This document shows positions 13,901 to 26,419 of a DNA stretch of 64,000 nt, one piece after another. Position 1 is the first letter of the stretch; each line of letters opens with the position of its first letter. Origin of the DNA: Lama guanicoe (Eukaryota). The notes below the pieces were generated by a model, which worked only from the letters and a program-made list of their open reading frames with translations, made no database searches and was not told the DNA's origin. Made by a program: the position numbers and the translations under genes. Location: assembly GCA_013239625.1 (NCBI GenBank), contig MU053881.1, positions 16,794,373 to 16,858,372 of the forward strand, given 5' to 3'.

Positions 13901-15049
13901 TTTGAACTTGTGTCTGCCTTGGTAGGTTATGCTGTATCAGTCACTCACACCTTAGTGAAAATTAGAGACAGAAAGTTGCTTTTCTCTGAATCCCTAGCTA
14001 AGCTGCTTATGGTAAGGGCTGGAAGGGACGGGTGGAAGCTGGCAGCTCAGTGCCAGCACAGGATGGGCGTTTGTGTTTGCCAGGGAAGGAGGAGGAGGGT
14101 TTGTGGCAGGGAGCACTGGGGTGGGGCTGTCCTGTGCAGATGTGTCACAGGCGCTTAAGGCAGTCCTGGGACACTGGGGGGTGGGGAAGCCCAAAGAGGA
14201 AGTAGGGCAGGGCAGGAAAGAATCCTGAGCTTACTGAGTGCTTACTCTGTGCCAGGAGGCAGACCAAGGGCTCCACCTGCACAGTCACCCCCAGTCTTCC
14301 TATGGTGGGGAGGGAGGCACCACTGTCTCCTCCCCATTTCACACATGTGGCCACTGAGTCACAGAGAGGTGAAGGTGTTCATTCCAGGATGCTCAGTGAC
14401 TGAGCTATGAACTGGGCCGTTCTGAGCTCACAGCCTGCACTTTTACCTGCCAAGCTGGCCTGGTGCCTGGGCCAGGCAGGGCTGGGCACTTGGTGTCACT
14501 GCCCAGGGTGTCTGCTGGGGCTTATCTGAGACCTTGATGCTCTTGAGGGCTTGGTGGTTGACCCCAGGGGTGTGGATGAGCTTATGGGCATTATGGGAGG
14601 GGGCAGGACCCCCTTCCCTCCTCTCATTGGCTGCTCTGGCCACCCAGACCCAGACAACTGACTCCTGTTCTGCCCCAAGCCACAGCCATGGGACTGCCCA
14701 GCCCAGGCCTCTGCCTGCTGCCCCTCCACTAGCTCCCTGATATGTCCCTATTGCCAGGGCCTCCTGGGAATCTTGTCCCCAAAGCTCTGGGTCCAGTGCT
14801 TCTGCCTGCCACCAGCACCCCTTGCCTTCCCCTGCCAGTCTCACAGCAGGGGCAGTAGGGGCACCCCAGATACACAGAGGCACATTGAGATTCTCAGATT
14901 CACCCTCAAATCTCTCCCCCAACCCAGTCCCCAGACTCTCACCCAGCTGCCCCTACAGCTGGTCACAGCGGGCCCTACCCCACATCCACACTCAGCCACC
15001 CTCCCTGGGCAGTCACTCACAGTCACACCTGAGTGTGCCCTGACGTGGG

Positions 15050-15530
15050 CACCAGGTCACCCACACACACAGACACAGGACACACACACCCTGAAATACC
15101 CACACGCCAGTACAAACACACAGTTACCTCAACACACACACACTCACCCTGACACACGTACATTCCATGAATGTCATGTCAACTTTTGCACAAGCACATG
15201 CACAGCCAGCCTCTGCCCTGTACACACAAACCCATGCTCATTCCACCATCAACATACACACAAACTCACAAACACAACCACACTCACACCCACTTTCAAA
15301 CAACCACATGCTCATGCCCCTCTCCGTAGACTGTCACCTTCAGCCCTCTGAGCAGCTGAAACACAGACACACAACACGTGTGCAAGCACAGATGGGCAAA
15401 CACACACAAATACCTTTCACAAACACAGCATCCCTCAACCACCCCATCTAGGACACCCCCATGCTGCCACTCTCACCCCAGTGCACCTCCACACGCTCTC
15501 ACATTTGTGCGCACACAAGTGGCCCACACA
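15050..15530. repeat. CA-rich low-complexity tract in TPM4 intron 1a
   Basis: Degenerate (CA)n/(CACA)-rich sequence. Confidence 0.75.
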
Positions 15531-15808
15531 TCGCCCCTCCCTTTCTCATCCGCTTTCCACTGTCTCTGTCACTTTGCTCCCACTGGTCCTGCTGGGAGTG
15601 GGTCCAGCTGGCCCCATCTCTCGCAGCCCAGGGACCCCTCCCGGGAAGACAATGGTCCCTTCCCTCCTTCTCAGCCAGCGCATCACCCTCCGCCGCCCCC
15701 AGTCTCTGCCCTAACCTCCAAGTACCAAGGTGTCCGAGACTCCCACCCTCTCCAGCTCAGAGAGGGTGCTGGGCAGCCCGACGCAGCCCAGCGAAGAAGG
15801 CTCCTCAC

Positions 15809-15922
15809 CTGTTTGCACCTCTCCTCAGCGGCTTTCTTATCTGACTCTGCCTGTTCGGCGCGGTCAATGGCGTTCTCCTTGTCCAGTTTCAGCATCTGCA
15901 TCTTCTTCTTGATGGCCTCCAT
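15809..15922 (-). CDS. TPM4: Tropomyosin 4 exon 1a (long/high-molecular-weight isoform start)
   Basis: Encodes [38 protein letters not shown] (114 nt). Start context gccATGG; followed by donor GTGAG. Confidence 0.97.
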
Positions 15923-16009
15923 GGCTGGGCCGTGGTGGGTGCAGGGGCAGAGCGGGCTGCGGCGGGGGCTGGAGGGGCTGCAGGGGCGAGTGAGCCGGGA
16001 GGGCAGAGG

Positions 16010-16230
16010 AGAGGCCCTTATAGGCTCCCAGGGTGCACCGCCCTGCTGCCGGGCGAGTCTTGGAGGAGGCCCAAGCCCAGGCCGGCCGGGCCAGCCACCA
16101 CTCGCTTGCTTGTTTGGGAGGACTTGGCCAGCTCACCAACCTCCCTGCAGCCGTCGCCTTATTTGGGCCTAGGATTTTTCTCAAAGGGGAAAAAAAAAAG
16201 GCCCGACCCGGTTCCATTTTTAACCTGGTG
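16010..16230 (-). promoter_or_regulatory. TPM4: Upstream promoter of TPM4 exon 1a with TATA-like element and CArG (SRF) box
   Basis: Minus-strand CCTATAAGG at about 16016-16024, about 100 bp upstream of the ATG. Perfect CArG CCTTATTTGG at 16157-16166. A/T-rich MEF2-like TTAAAAATGG at about 16213-16222. Confidence 0.7.
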
Positions 16231-19200
16231 ACACAGGTCCCGTGTGGGCTTGTGGGCACAGCGCTGGCCCCGGAGGATGCCGGTGGCCTGCTGGCTGGTC
16301 TCAGTTTCCCCATCCATGGAGTGGGCTGAAGAGGGCTGGTGGGTGGGTGCCAAGTAGGGGTGAGGTGGGATGAGGGGGCTCCTGTCCTCCCACTTCCCCA
16401 CTTCTGGGTCCCTCCAAGTTTTGGGGGTCAGGACCCCATCCTGTCTCCTGCTCCCACCCCTGGGGGCCTCCCTGGATTACGCCCACCTTTTACTGATGAG
16501 TCTCTGTCCCATCACCTTCTCCCCGTCTCTCTTTTGGTAACTGTCTCTGTGTCTCTCTCCATCTCTCTCTCTTTTTTTAGGTTTTTGTATTTTATTTTAA
16601 AATTTTTATTGAACTGTAGTTGGTTTATAATGTTTCAGGTTTACAGCAAAGTGATTCAGTTACACAGATATATATGTTCTTTTTCAGATTCTTTTCCATT
16701 ACAGATTATTACAAGATTTTAAGTATAGTTCCCTGTGGTATGTATTAGGTCCTTGTTTATCTGTTTTATTCTCTCTGTTGCTTTTTTGTCTCTGTGTCTC
16801 TCCATCTCTCTGTCTCTTTGTCTCTCTCCATTTTCCTCTCTCTGTTTCCTCCTCCGCCTCTGTGTCTCCATCTTTCTCCATCATCTCACCTGCCCCCGTT
16901 GATCCGGCTCACCAGGGCGGGGTTGACCCAGGCGTTGGAAACTCCTCCGGGAAAACTCCGGGAGGCCAAGGCAGGCACAGACCAGACCCTGGCTGCCTTC
17001 TTTAGATCTCGTACCCTCCCTGCTCCGCTCAGGTTCTGGCTGCAGCTCCCCAGCACCCACAAAAACAGGAGGCAGCTTGGCAACTCAGCTTCTCACTCAA
17101 GACCCCTGCCCATGCCCTCCCCAGGTTCTCCCCACACTCAGCTCAGAGCTCCTAACACTGTTGCGCTGGCAGGGCCGCCATCTCCTCTCCTCTGGGCCTT
17201 TGCCTGTTTCATCCCTTCTGCTGGTTACTCCTTCCCTCCAGCAACCTGGAGCAGGACTCGCTGCTTTCAGAAAGAGATATTCACTCATTCCATCACCTGA
17301 GGAACACAGAATGCCTTTCCCCTGCTGAGCCCCAGCTGCACGTGCTCAGAATGTGGGAGCCGTTATTACAATTGTTATTGTTTGATCATCTGTTTTCGAC
17401 TGTGAGCAGCTTTGGGGCAGGCCTGTGCCTCAGTCTCATTTGTGGCCCCCAGAAGATCAGAAAGTCCTTGTTAATTAAAATGAACAATTCCCATCTATAC
17501 ACTCGCACACTCTCTCACACATGTTCACACACAAACACATATCTCTAACTCGGAAACTTCTATTCATTCTTCAAAGCCCAGATCAGATGCCCTCCCTGCC
17601 AACTCCACCTCCAGGAAGCCTTCCTGGACTCCTAGATAGAGCTGTGGACTCCCAGCCCAGCATCAAGACGTCTATGTGGGATGGAGAAGAGGTAGTGAGG
17701 CTTCTGTGTTTCCTGCCCAAGGCCGCAGAGGGAGAGGCCAGCGCCGCTGGGGAGTGCAGGAGTAGGGGGGTCAGGCTAAGGTTTAGAGTTCCCAGCACCT
17801 CTCTGCCACCTCCTGATTCCTTCACTGCCCCCTAAGCCAGCTTCCTTTTCTTGATCACGGTGGGATCATGGTGAGAACCCCCTCCCCCACCACCACTGGC
17901 AAAGAGGTCCCCATATGGCAGCAAACAGAATAATCTGGAAACTTTCTCAGGCTCCAAGGACATTGGTTTCTCCTTGTGTTCAGGAGCCAAGGGGTCCCAT
18001 CCCAGACCCCTCCACAACTCCATTCTCCATCCACCTCCCTTATCTCACACCTACCCCATGTCCTGGCTATGCAGACTGGTTCCTCTTATGATAAAAGCAG
18101 ACTGTCGTAATTGCCAAGGATGTCAGTGGTGATTACAGGGCACTAGAGAGAGCATGGAATACTGCTCACTGAGCGCTCACCACACCCGGGAAGCCGTGCT
18201 GAGCCCCGGACTTGCAGCATCTCACTTAAGCCTCTTTGAAGCCTAAGAGGTAGGGGATGTTTCTATTCTCATTTTATCAAAGAGGAAGCTGAGGCCCAGA
18301 GTGGCCCACACAGGGTCACCCAGCTTATGAGTGGTAGAGCTGGCACCTGGCCCAGCTGACTCTGGGACAGAGCTGGATAGAAGTCCTAAGACCACGCTCA
18401 CCATGCCTTCCTGCCCCCCAGCTCCCATCCCCTGATTGTCTTAGGCTGAGTCATTAGAGGTCAGCTCTCTCCACCCATGACTTCCCGTTGGGAGACCCTG
18501 GGACCACCCTCATCACAGGTGTTGTGGCTAATTCCAGGCCTGACACTACTGGCTCCAGAAAGGGACCCCTCCCCCAGGAGATGCTGGCTTGCTCCATAGC
18601 CTTGTAGGGTAGACGCTTGTCCCTGGAATGGCCTCTTGCTCGAGGAGCTCCCAGAGGTGCAATTTGTTGCCAGAGAAAGGAGAAGAGGGTTAGGAATGGT
18701 GTTAGAACCCAGCTGTACCCTGCCTTGCAGCCTTAGGACTGGAATTATGTTCTCTCTGTGTATCTGCCCCAAGAACACCCCAGGAGTCCCGGCCAGGGCT
18801 GGAAGGGTCATCTGGGGTTCCTGACCCCTGGGGGCCCTAACCTAGCTGTCCAGGCTGTGTGGCCTGGGGCGTAAGGTGGGTGAAGGATGCTATATGTAGC
18901 TCAGAAGAAGTGAGCTCCCCTCTTGCAACGTAATTCTCCAACTGGGGGCTTCCAAGGATGGGGGTGGGGGCGGAGTCCACGTTGCTATCTGGCCACTTCA
19001 CAGCCCTGAGGCTCAGGGTCACTTAAGGAGCACCTATGACATGCCAGGCACTGTGCAGGCTTTGGAGACTCGGTGCTGGACATGACAGCCCAGTGGAGAG
19101 AGACCACCAATATCTGCAAACAATTGCAGGATTTATTAGGATAGGGCAAACTGCTGTCTTCGGTTGGGCTCCCCCAGAAGCAGACACTAAGACAAAAATT

Positions 19201-20764
19201 TGAGAGCAAATAATTTCTTTGGGAGGTTATCCAAAGAAACACGGGTAGGCGACGGGGAAGTGAGACAGGGAGGAAGCCAGTAAAGCCTGCGTGGTGAAGC
19301 CCATTACCACTCGGGACAGCTGGGGCACAGTCCCGGCGGGGACCTCTAGGGAGCAGCAGAGAGCACGCCCTCCAGAGTTTGAAGACCTGAGGGTGAAGGA
19401 GCTGGGATATTTACCCACCAATCCCCATCCTCGTCGGTTGAAGGCGGCTCCTGCGGGTTTTGATATGTCAGCACTTTTGGCCTGGCTTTGCTTGGGCCAC
19501 TGCCGGCTTCAGCAGCCGGACAAAGACCCTCCTCCTCCTCCCCGCCACACGTAATTGCTGGAAGAAGGAAGCCTTTGGTGTGGGGACCTGGTTAGTTTCG
19601 GGTGGGTCAGTGAAGTCTTCCCTGAGGAAGTGGCAGCCGAGGTGAGGTCTGAAAGAGAACTGAAAGGCGGGTGGGGGTGGTAGAAACAGGTGTTGCTTAT
19701 GCGAAAATCACAGGTGGGAGGGGCTGAGAGGAGATGGGCGTGGCTTGAGTGCTGAGAGACAGGAGGAGGGAGTGTGGTGGGTGATGAGCCTGCAAGGACC
19801 TGAGGACAGAGGAGGGTATGAGGGCGCCCCTCCCCTCAACACCTCTCCTGGAGTTTGAGGCATGCAGAGGGGCCGAGGGACTAGAGTGAGTACTGGAGGA
19901 AAAGAGCCAAGGTGTTTTCAGCTTGCATCTATGGAATCTTGCTCGTTGAATAATAATATGATGATCAAAATGAATATTGAACAATGATAATTGAAATGTC
20001 ACTGGCTCAAGATGACCCAGAGCATGTGCTGGGCAGGTTATGTGCAGCATGTTGGGGGTGGGGGTGAGCGGGGATGGGGAATCATTGACCCTTTACTGAG
20101 AACCTTGTGCAGTGTGTACTTGGGGTCCCCCCAGCAGGGAAGTTGCTCAGCAAAGTTGCACAGTTGGCACGTGCCAAAGTCAGGATTTGAACTGGAGTCT
20201 CTGATTTCCTGGAACCCTGAAATCACCATCGTTCCAGCCCTGCTGCCCTAAGAATCACTGGGGGAGGGGCAAGTCAGTGTCATCAGTGTCAGGAGGAGGG
20301 AGCAAAGGGCTCTGTGTCCTCCCCAAATTCCCTGAGACAGACTCCAGGGGAACTGTGTGGGCTACAGAGCTCTCCCACAAATGCTGAAAAACAGGCATGA
20401 CCACAAACTTTGTGGCATTGTCATAATGATTCATGATAATTATAATTAACATTGACCTGGCCCTCAATCTGCCTGTGCTGTTCTAAGTGGCTCACATGTC
20501 TAAGCTCATATATTAATTTTCACAATAGCCCAATGAGATAGAGGCTGTGATTATTCCCACTTTACAGCAGGAGAAACTAGAGCACAGAAAGGTCAAGAAA
20601 CTTGCTCAAGGCCACACAGCAGAAAATGGCAGAACCAAGATTTGAACCCAGGCTGTCTGACTCCAGAGTTTACACACTGAACTGCCGTATGATACTCTGA
20701 ACAGGGTCATATGCTTGACTTCTAGTCCAAATTACCTTCCCAGTTGGCAGCCATTGCCCATTGG

Positions 20765-21245
20765 GTGTGAGAGCTACTACTACTGGGAGATGATTCTCGG
20801 TGAGTCCTAGGTATTTCTGTACAACCCACAAGCAGGAATGTGGCTAGTTTTCATTCTGGCTATCTTTTCAAGGATGTTTGTATAGCAAACAGCCTTGGAA
20901 GATAGATAGAATTTCTTGCTGTGGAGCAGAGGGCAGGTTTGTTTGCTGTCCACATGATAAAGATAATGCTTCCCTCTGAGACCAAGCTAGAGCAGGTTTG
21001 TTCTCAGAGTTACTCGGCTATGGTGCAAACCCAGTGTGCACCCAGCACCTGTCTGGGTTCGCCTGCGTCTTCCCTGTAGGACTTGGGAGGAACCAGCAAA
21101 CACATGGAAGTCATGCTGCCCGCCGTGTAATAAAGTTCTTTGTCTCTGACCCTAGAGTCTGGCGTCTCCTGCCAGCATCCACGAAACTGGCAGGTTAACT
21201 TGTCAGCTTGCAAGTAAAGTCCCAGACTCTTCGCAGTTCTAGGTA
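20765..21245 (+). mobile_element. Old ERV LTR-like element
   Basis: LTR-like motifs AGCAAACAGCCTTGGAAGATAGA and AATAAAGTTCTTTGTCTCTGACCC; family not determined. Confidence 0.55.
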
Positions 21246-21482
21246 CCTATTTGCTCTTTCTGTGATGCCACCTGTCACCAAGATGTCTCATCAGGGACCC
21301 TGGATTTAGCCTGTTTAGGTCCCACCTCTGCTGCTGCCTTTCTGACCTGGTGCAGAATGGGGCTTGTGGTATTTTGTTACAGAAGCCCTAGGAAACTGAT
21401 AAAGCAAGCATGATTTTCATCCTGACTGACACAAAAATTGGTGTCAGAAGTGGGGTGTTGCCATCAGAAAAATGAAAAATTC

Positions 21483-21602
21483 AGGGGGAGGCTATAACTC
21501 AGTGGTAGAGTGCATGCTCAGCATGCATGAGGTCCTGGGTTCGATCCCCAGTACCTCCATTAAATAAATAAATAAAAATAAACCTAATTGCCTTCCCCCT
21601 CA
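21483..21602 (+). mobile_element. tRNA-Ala-derived SINE
   Basis: A box and B box (GGTTCGATCCC) intact; AATAAACCTAATT tail. Confidence 0.88.
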
Positions 21603-22561
21603 ATTATTTTTTTAAATGAAAAATTAGTTGCCTTAACTTAGGGACCTGATGGCAAGGACACAAATATTGCAGACTGGAAAGCTGGTGACCCTTGTTGTGC
21701 CAAAGAACAGCAGTAGGCAATATCACCACGTGTGATAACCTGGAAGGTAGACTATATGTCTGCTGAGCCTACATTCCTAGAAGTGATTGGAAAGGTTAGG
21801 ATGTCGTTGTGAGTTGGCTGCTCCTTGCAGAAAGTGATGCTCTTACATAAGAACTGGTCACTTTTCAGAGACATGCACATCAGAAGATTGGAAGAGCCAA
21901 CAGCTTCCTGTCCCCCCAAACAGTATAAATAGGGATCTTGCCTCCTGCCCAAGGCTGTTGCTTCAAATGACCATTAATGGGGAATGACAAAGATGTAGGT
22001 AGTTCAAGGCAGCAAATACTGCAAGTAAATAGACACAGAAACTCTGGCTAGAGAAGAACACAGAATGTGGTTCCTAACAATGGATCAAACTAGAAGCAAC
22101 TAGACCAGATGTCTGCTAAGTTTTTTGAAGAAACTACGTTACTGAAAAAAACCAAGAGTTCAGTCTGCAAAATCTTATAACCTTTGAGCTTTTGTGTTTG
22201 GGTTTCTTTGTTATAGCAGCTTAACTTGACCCTTAACCCAAAGTGCGGCTTAAATCCTGGCCTCTCTGGCTTCCAGAGCACTTCCTTTACACATGATGTG
22301 TTCTTCAGGCTGTAGTATAAACACCATAGGGTCAGGGGTTTTGCCTGTTCCCTGCCGACCCTTAAAAGGGTTTAAATAGTAAATAGCAAACAGTATAGGG
22401 TGAAATGTATTAGATATTCAATAATTATCTGTTGGAAGGATGAAGTAATAAACAAATGAACCAAGAGTGATATGGAGGAAATATCTAAGATGGGGACTAG
22501 CCAGGGAAGTCCAGGACAGGTGGGCACTGTATTCGGACCCTCGGGTGTTCCAATGCTGTGG

Positions 22562-23509
22562 TCACCGAATAAAAGCTGGCCTTCTGCTGACAAGGGCCCC
22601 CAAGGCGCCCTTCATATCTCTGTTCCTCAGACTGTAGATGAAGGGGTTCAGCATGGGAGTGACCACCGTGTACATCACTGCAGCAGCTGTGTCCTTCTGG
22701 GCTGTATGGGAGGACATGGGGCTGAAATAAACCCCGATGAGTGTGCCGTAGAACAGGGGCACCACAGAGAGATGAGAACCGCAGGTGGAGAAAGCCTTCC
22801 GCTTGCCTCTCATGGACGGGATCCTCAACACAGCAGCAAAGATGCGCGTGTAGGAGGCCAGGATGCCCACAAAGGGAGTGATGACGGTCAGGGCACCCAC
22901 AGTGTACACCATTGCATTGTTGAGAAAGGTGTCAGAACAAGCCAGCTTCAGCAGAGGGCTGAGGTCACAGAAGAAATGGGGGACCCGGTTGTGGGTGCAG
23001 AATGAGAGGCGGGTCAGTAATACCGTGTGGGTCAGGGCATTCCCGAAGCCTGCAGTCAAGGATGCCACCACCAGGAGGCCACAGAGCTGAGGTGTCACAG
23101 ACGTGGTATAGTGCAGAGGGTGACAGATTGCCACATAGCGGTCGTAGGCCATAGCAGTCAGCAGGAAGCTGTCGATGCCGGCGAACCAGATGAAGAAGAA
23201 CATCTGGGTCAGGCAGCTGGCATAAGGAATCCCTTTATGTCCTGTCATGTGGTTGGCCAGCATTTTGGGGATGGTGGTGGAAGTGAAGCAAATGTCCACA
23301 AAGGCCAGGTTGGCCAGGAAGAAGTACATGGGTGTGTGGAGCCGGACGTCGGTGGCAATGGCCAGTATAATGAGCAGGTTCCCCAGTCCTGTGATCAGGT
23401 ACATGCTCAGGAAGAGTATGAACAGGAGCTGCTGTTGCTTGGGGTCCTCTGAGAGGCCCAGGAGCAGGAACTCTGAGATCAGGGTGAGATTTGCCCCTTC
23501 CCGGGCCAT
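22562..23509 (-). CDS. Olfactory receptor, family 1 (OR1AB-like), intact single-exon 315-aa ORF
   Basis: All OR motifs present: N-glycosylation [57 protein letters not shown]. Splice acceptor AG at 23511-23512 just upstream of the ATG. The OR1AB assignment is from recalled synteny next to TPM4. Confidence 0.95.
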   Translation of the reverse strand: MAREGANLTLISEFLLLGLSEDPKQQQLLFILFLSMYLITGLGNLLIILAIATDVRLHTPMYFFLANLAFVDICFTSTTIPKMLANHMTGHKGIPYASCLTQMFFFIWFAGIDSFLLTAMAYDRYVAICHPLHYTTSVTPQLCGLLVVASLTAGFGNALTHTVLLTRLSFCTHNRVPHFFCDLSPLLKLACSDTFLNNAMVYTVGALTVITPFVGILASYTRIFAAVLRIPSMRGKRKAFSTCGSHLSVVPLFYGTLIGVYFSPMSSHTAQKDTAAAVMYTVVTPMLNPFIYSLRNRDMKGALGALVSRRPAFIR

Positions 23510-24472
23510 CCTGAATCAATCAGAAAGGGAATGGGGAGCTGTCCAGGGTCCTGGCCAACACCAGTCCCTCCATTGCACCCTGGCTCCCATCCCGTCTCAT
23601 TAGTTCAGCCATTCACCAATTCTTCTCACTCCCTCCTGCAACAGGATACCCTCCCCGATCCATTTGTTACATCATTTCCATCAGTGAATACACCACTCAT
23701 TCCCCATAGTCCACTTGCAGGATGTCACCTGCAGCTTGGTGGACAGCTCCCAAGCACACTGATCATTTGTCACCTCCACCACCTCCACCTCTATGCCCTA
23801 GGGCTTCATCAGGTCATAGGAGCAGGCTCAGTCTGCACACAGAGTAATGTGGAAGCGCTGCTGACTGACACCTCGGGGTGATCTTTGACCAGCGAGGGAC
23901 GAGGCTTGTTGGGTGAATCCCCTGGCTTCATCACTCTTGAGTAATGCAGTTCTGGGGTGTGTTCTCTCAAGGATCCCTAGAAGGATGACCCCTCAGTAGC
24001 CGAGAGTGGGAAGCTACTCGTCCACACCTTCTTTCCTCAAACACTCATTGGGTCTTCTGAAATTATTTCCCAAATAAACTATTTGTACTCGGATCCTTGA
24101 CTCAGAACCTGCTCTGGGGAGAATCCAAACTAAGATGCAAGGATTCCAAAAGTTATTCCATCTCTGAAAGAATCCCTTCTTTGTCCCAAATACCCCTCTC
24201 ACTCTGCCCCTTTCTCTGCTCCATTAGATCTTAGTAGTCCTCAAAAACATTTCCTGTTCTTGCATGTCAAGAGTACCACGACCTCCTATTGCTAATTCAA
24301 GGCTAGGATACAGTCAGTATGCAGCAGTACACATGTCTCATTGCTAAAATCTAGAAAGATTTGGCAGGAACCAGACAATACCCTTATAGAACTTCCAAAG
24401 AATAGTAAAATTAATTAACAATACAAATTTCAAGTTAATTGTTGTTGAATGTTGCAGTGAGCTTTGATACAT

Positions 24473-24524
24473 TATATATATATCATTTTATATATATATA
24501 TAAATACACACACACACACACATA
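24473..24524. repeat. (TA)n(CA)n microsatellite
   Basis: Direct reading of the sequence. Confidence 0.85.
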
Positions 24525-26419
24525 TAATGGGACTATTATTCAACCATGGGAAAGAAGGAAATCCTGCCATTTGCAACAACATGAATAGATAGATCTTGAG
24601 GGTGTTATTGTTAAGTGAAATAAGCCAGACAGCAAAAGAAAAATACTGCATGATACCACTTATACGTGGAATCTTAAAAAAAAAAGGTAAAAAAATCCAA
24701 ATTCTCCAAAGTCTAGCTCCTGTTGAACTCCTCCATCTCCACTCATGTGACTGTCCCCCAGCCGTCCAGGTATCTTAGCCTAAGATTGGTTCTACCTCAG
24801 GGCCTTTGGACTTGCTGTTTTTGTTGCCTCAAATGCTCTTCCTCAGGACTTTGCTCCAGCTGTCGAGACCCATCTCAAATCCTACCCTCTCCTATAGCTC
24901 AGCTTCTAGTGGCGACTCAGTCCTCTGTTCTCTAATGACTTGTGTTCTCTGGACCTGGAGAGCAACCTTCTCCCCAGATCCCTCTGCCTGGTGCTCTGTT
25001 TCTCTCCTACCCCTGCCCAGGAAGTCCACCCACCCTGTTTCATTTCCTTGTTGATTCGTTGACCACTTCTTGAACATCTTCACCGAGGCATCCCTCAAGG
25101 TGTGGACAGAAATTCTGAGATGATAACAAAGACAGGGTCCCCAGTCATTTCACCACAGGGGAATTATCTTGAAGGTGCCCTATGAGGCACATTCAAGGAG
25201 GTTCGGAAAAACAATCATCTACCCCCAGTCTTGTTCTTCCTCGGTACCTGAGCTTAGCAGGGACCCTGATGATTGCCCGGTCACTCTGGCCAGAGATTTG
25301 GGCAGCAATGCAGTCTCCTTCAGCCCCGCTCGCTGCATCCTGACAGTTTTACATGACCCCTTCACTTCTTCTTTACCCCTCTTCTCCTTCCCAGCACCCT
25401 ACTAGATCTTAATCTTGTCTCTTAGATTTCAAACCTGTCCCTTCTCTGGTCTTTCTGGCTCCAGTCTTACTCGTTTGGTCCAGTCTCCACAATGGCCACC
25501 ACCATGGTGAAACGACCTACCTTTCCCTTGCTTAAAATCCTGCAGTAGCTCCTTATTGCCCTGCTACTAATAGCCAACATTTCTTAATGCTTCCTGTGAC
25601 ACCATGATGAGGAGTTATACAGGCTCCCTCCTACTCAGTCCCCTGAGACAGGCACTCTTACCTCCATTTGTAGGATGAGGGAGATTGGAGAGAAACACTC
25701 CCCCGTATCTCACAGTCTTTCTTGTTCCAAAGCTCTTAGAACTCTGCGATGCAGGACCCAGAAGCTGGAACCTCTTAGCAGGGTTTACACACACAGGACG
25801 CTGCCCATTTTAGTTGTACTCAGTATACAGACTAATGAACTGAGGCTCAGAGAAACAAAGGCACTTCCCCAAGGTCTCACAGCAGGCCTGGCTGGTGAAT
25901 CTCAGGCCACTGCCCCTGCCCTGCCCTGCTTGTTGTTTTCTCTCTCTGTCTGCTTCCCTCTCTCCCCACTCACCTATGGAAGGGGTCCCCTCTGGCTTTG
26001 GCGATGTCTGGCAGGAGGTGAGACAGCTTTTGCTGGGAGAGATTCCTGGGCTGCATGCAATGTGGAGGCAGGTCTCTGGCCCCACAGAAGGGAGCACGAG
26101 GACCCGGCAGAGCCCAATTTACCCCTCCATCCTCAAAACTTGGGCTCAGTCCCTCGTGTCTTGTTAGGGCACCTGCTAATTGTCCACACCACACTCCGCC
26201 CCTGCTGGCCTGTCTCTTTGGGGAGGAAGGCTACCACAGCTCGTTCTGGGCTTTTCTGAGCTCGGAGTGGTGGGGACTCTGGGCCTCTTTGCGGGAACTT
26301 CCTTGGGGGCCTGATCCCAGGGGAATTTCCCCAGCTCTGGGGGACCTGGCTGACCACAGGGGGGCATGTCTGGGGCTCCCCACTGCTGGAGCAATGGCCT
26401 GTGAACATAACGTCTTCAT

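Noticed and set aside
14773..16172. 192-aa and 264-aa plus-strand ORFs
   Set aside because: They derive from a CA-rich low-complexity tract and the antisense of TPM4 exon 1a.
21483..21560. Apparent tRNA-Ala gene
   Set aside because: It has extra 5' bases, stem mismatches and a SINE A-rich tail instead of an oligo-T terminator, and multiple diverged copies exist, so it is a SINE.
22472..23603. Plus-strand ORFs antisense to the OR
   Set aside because: These are shadow ORFs of the OR coding sequence.
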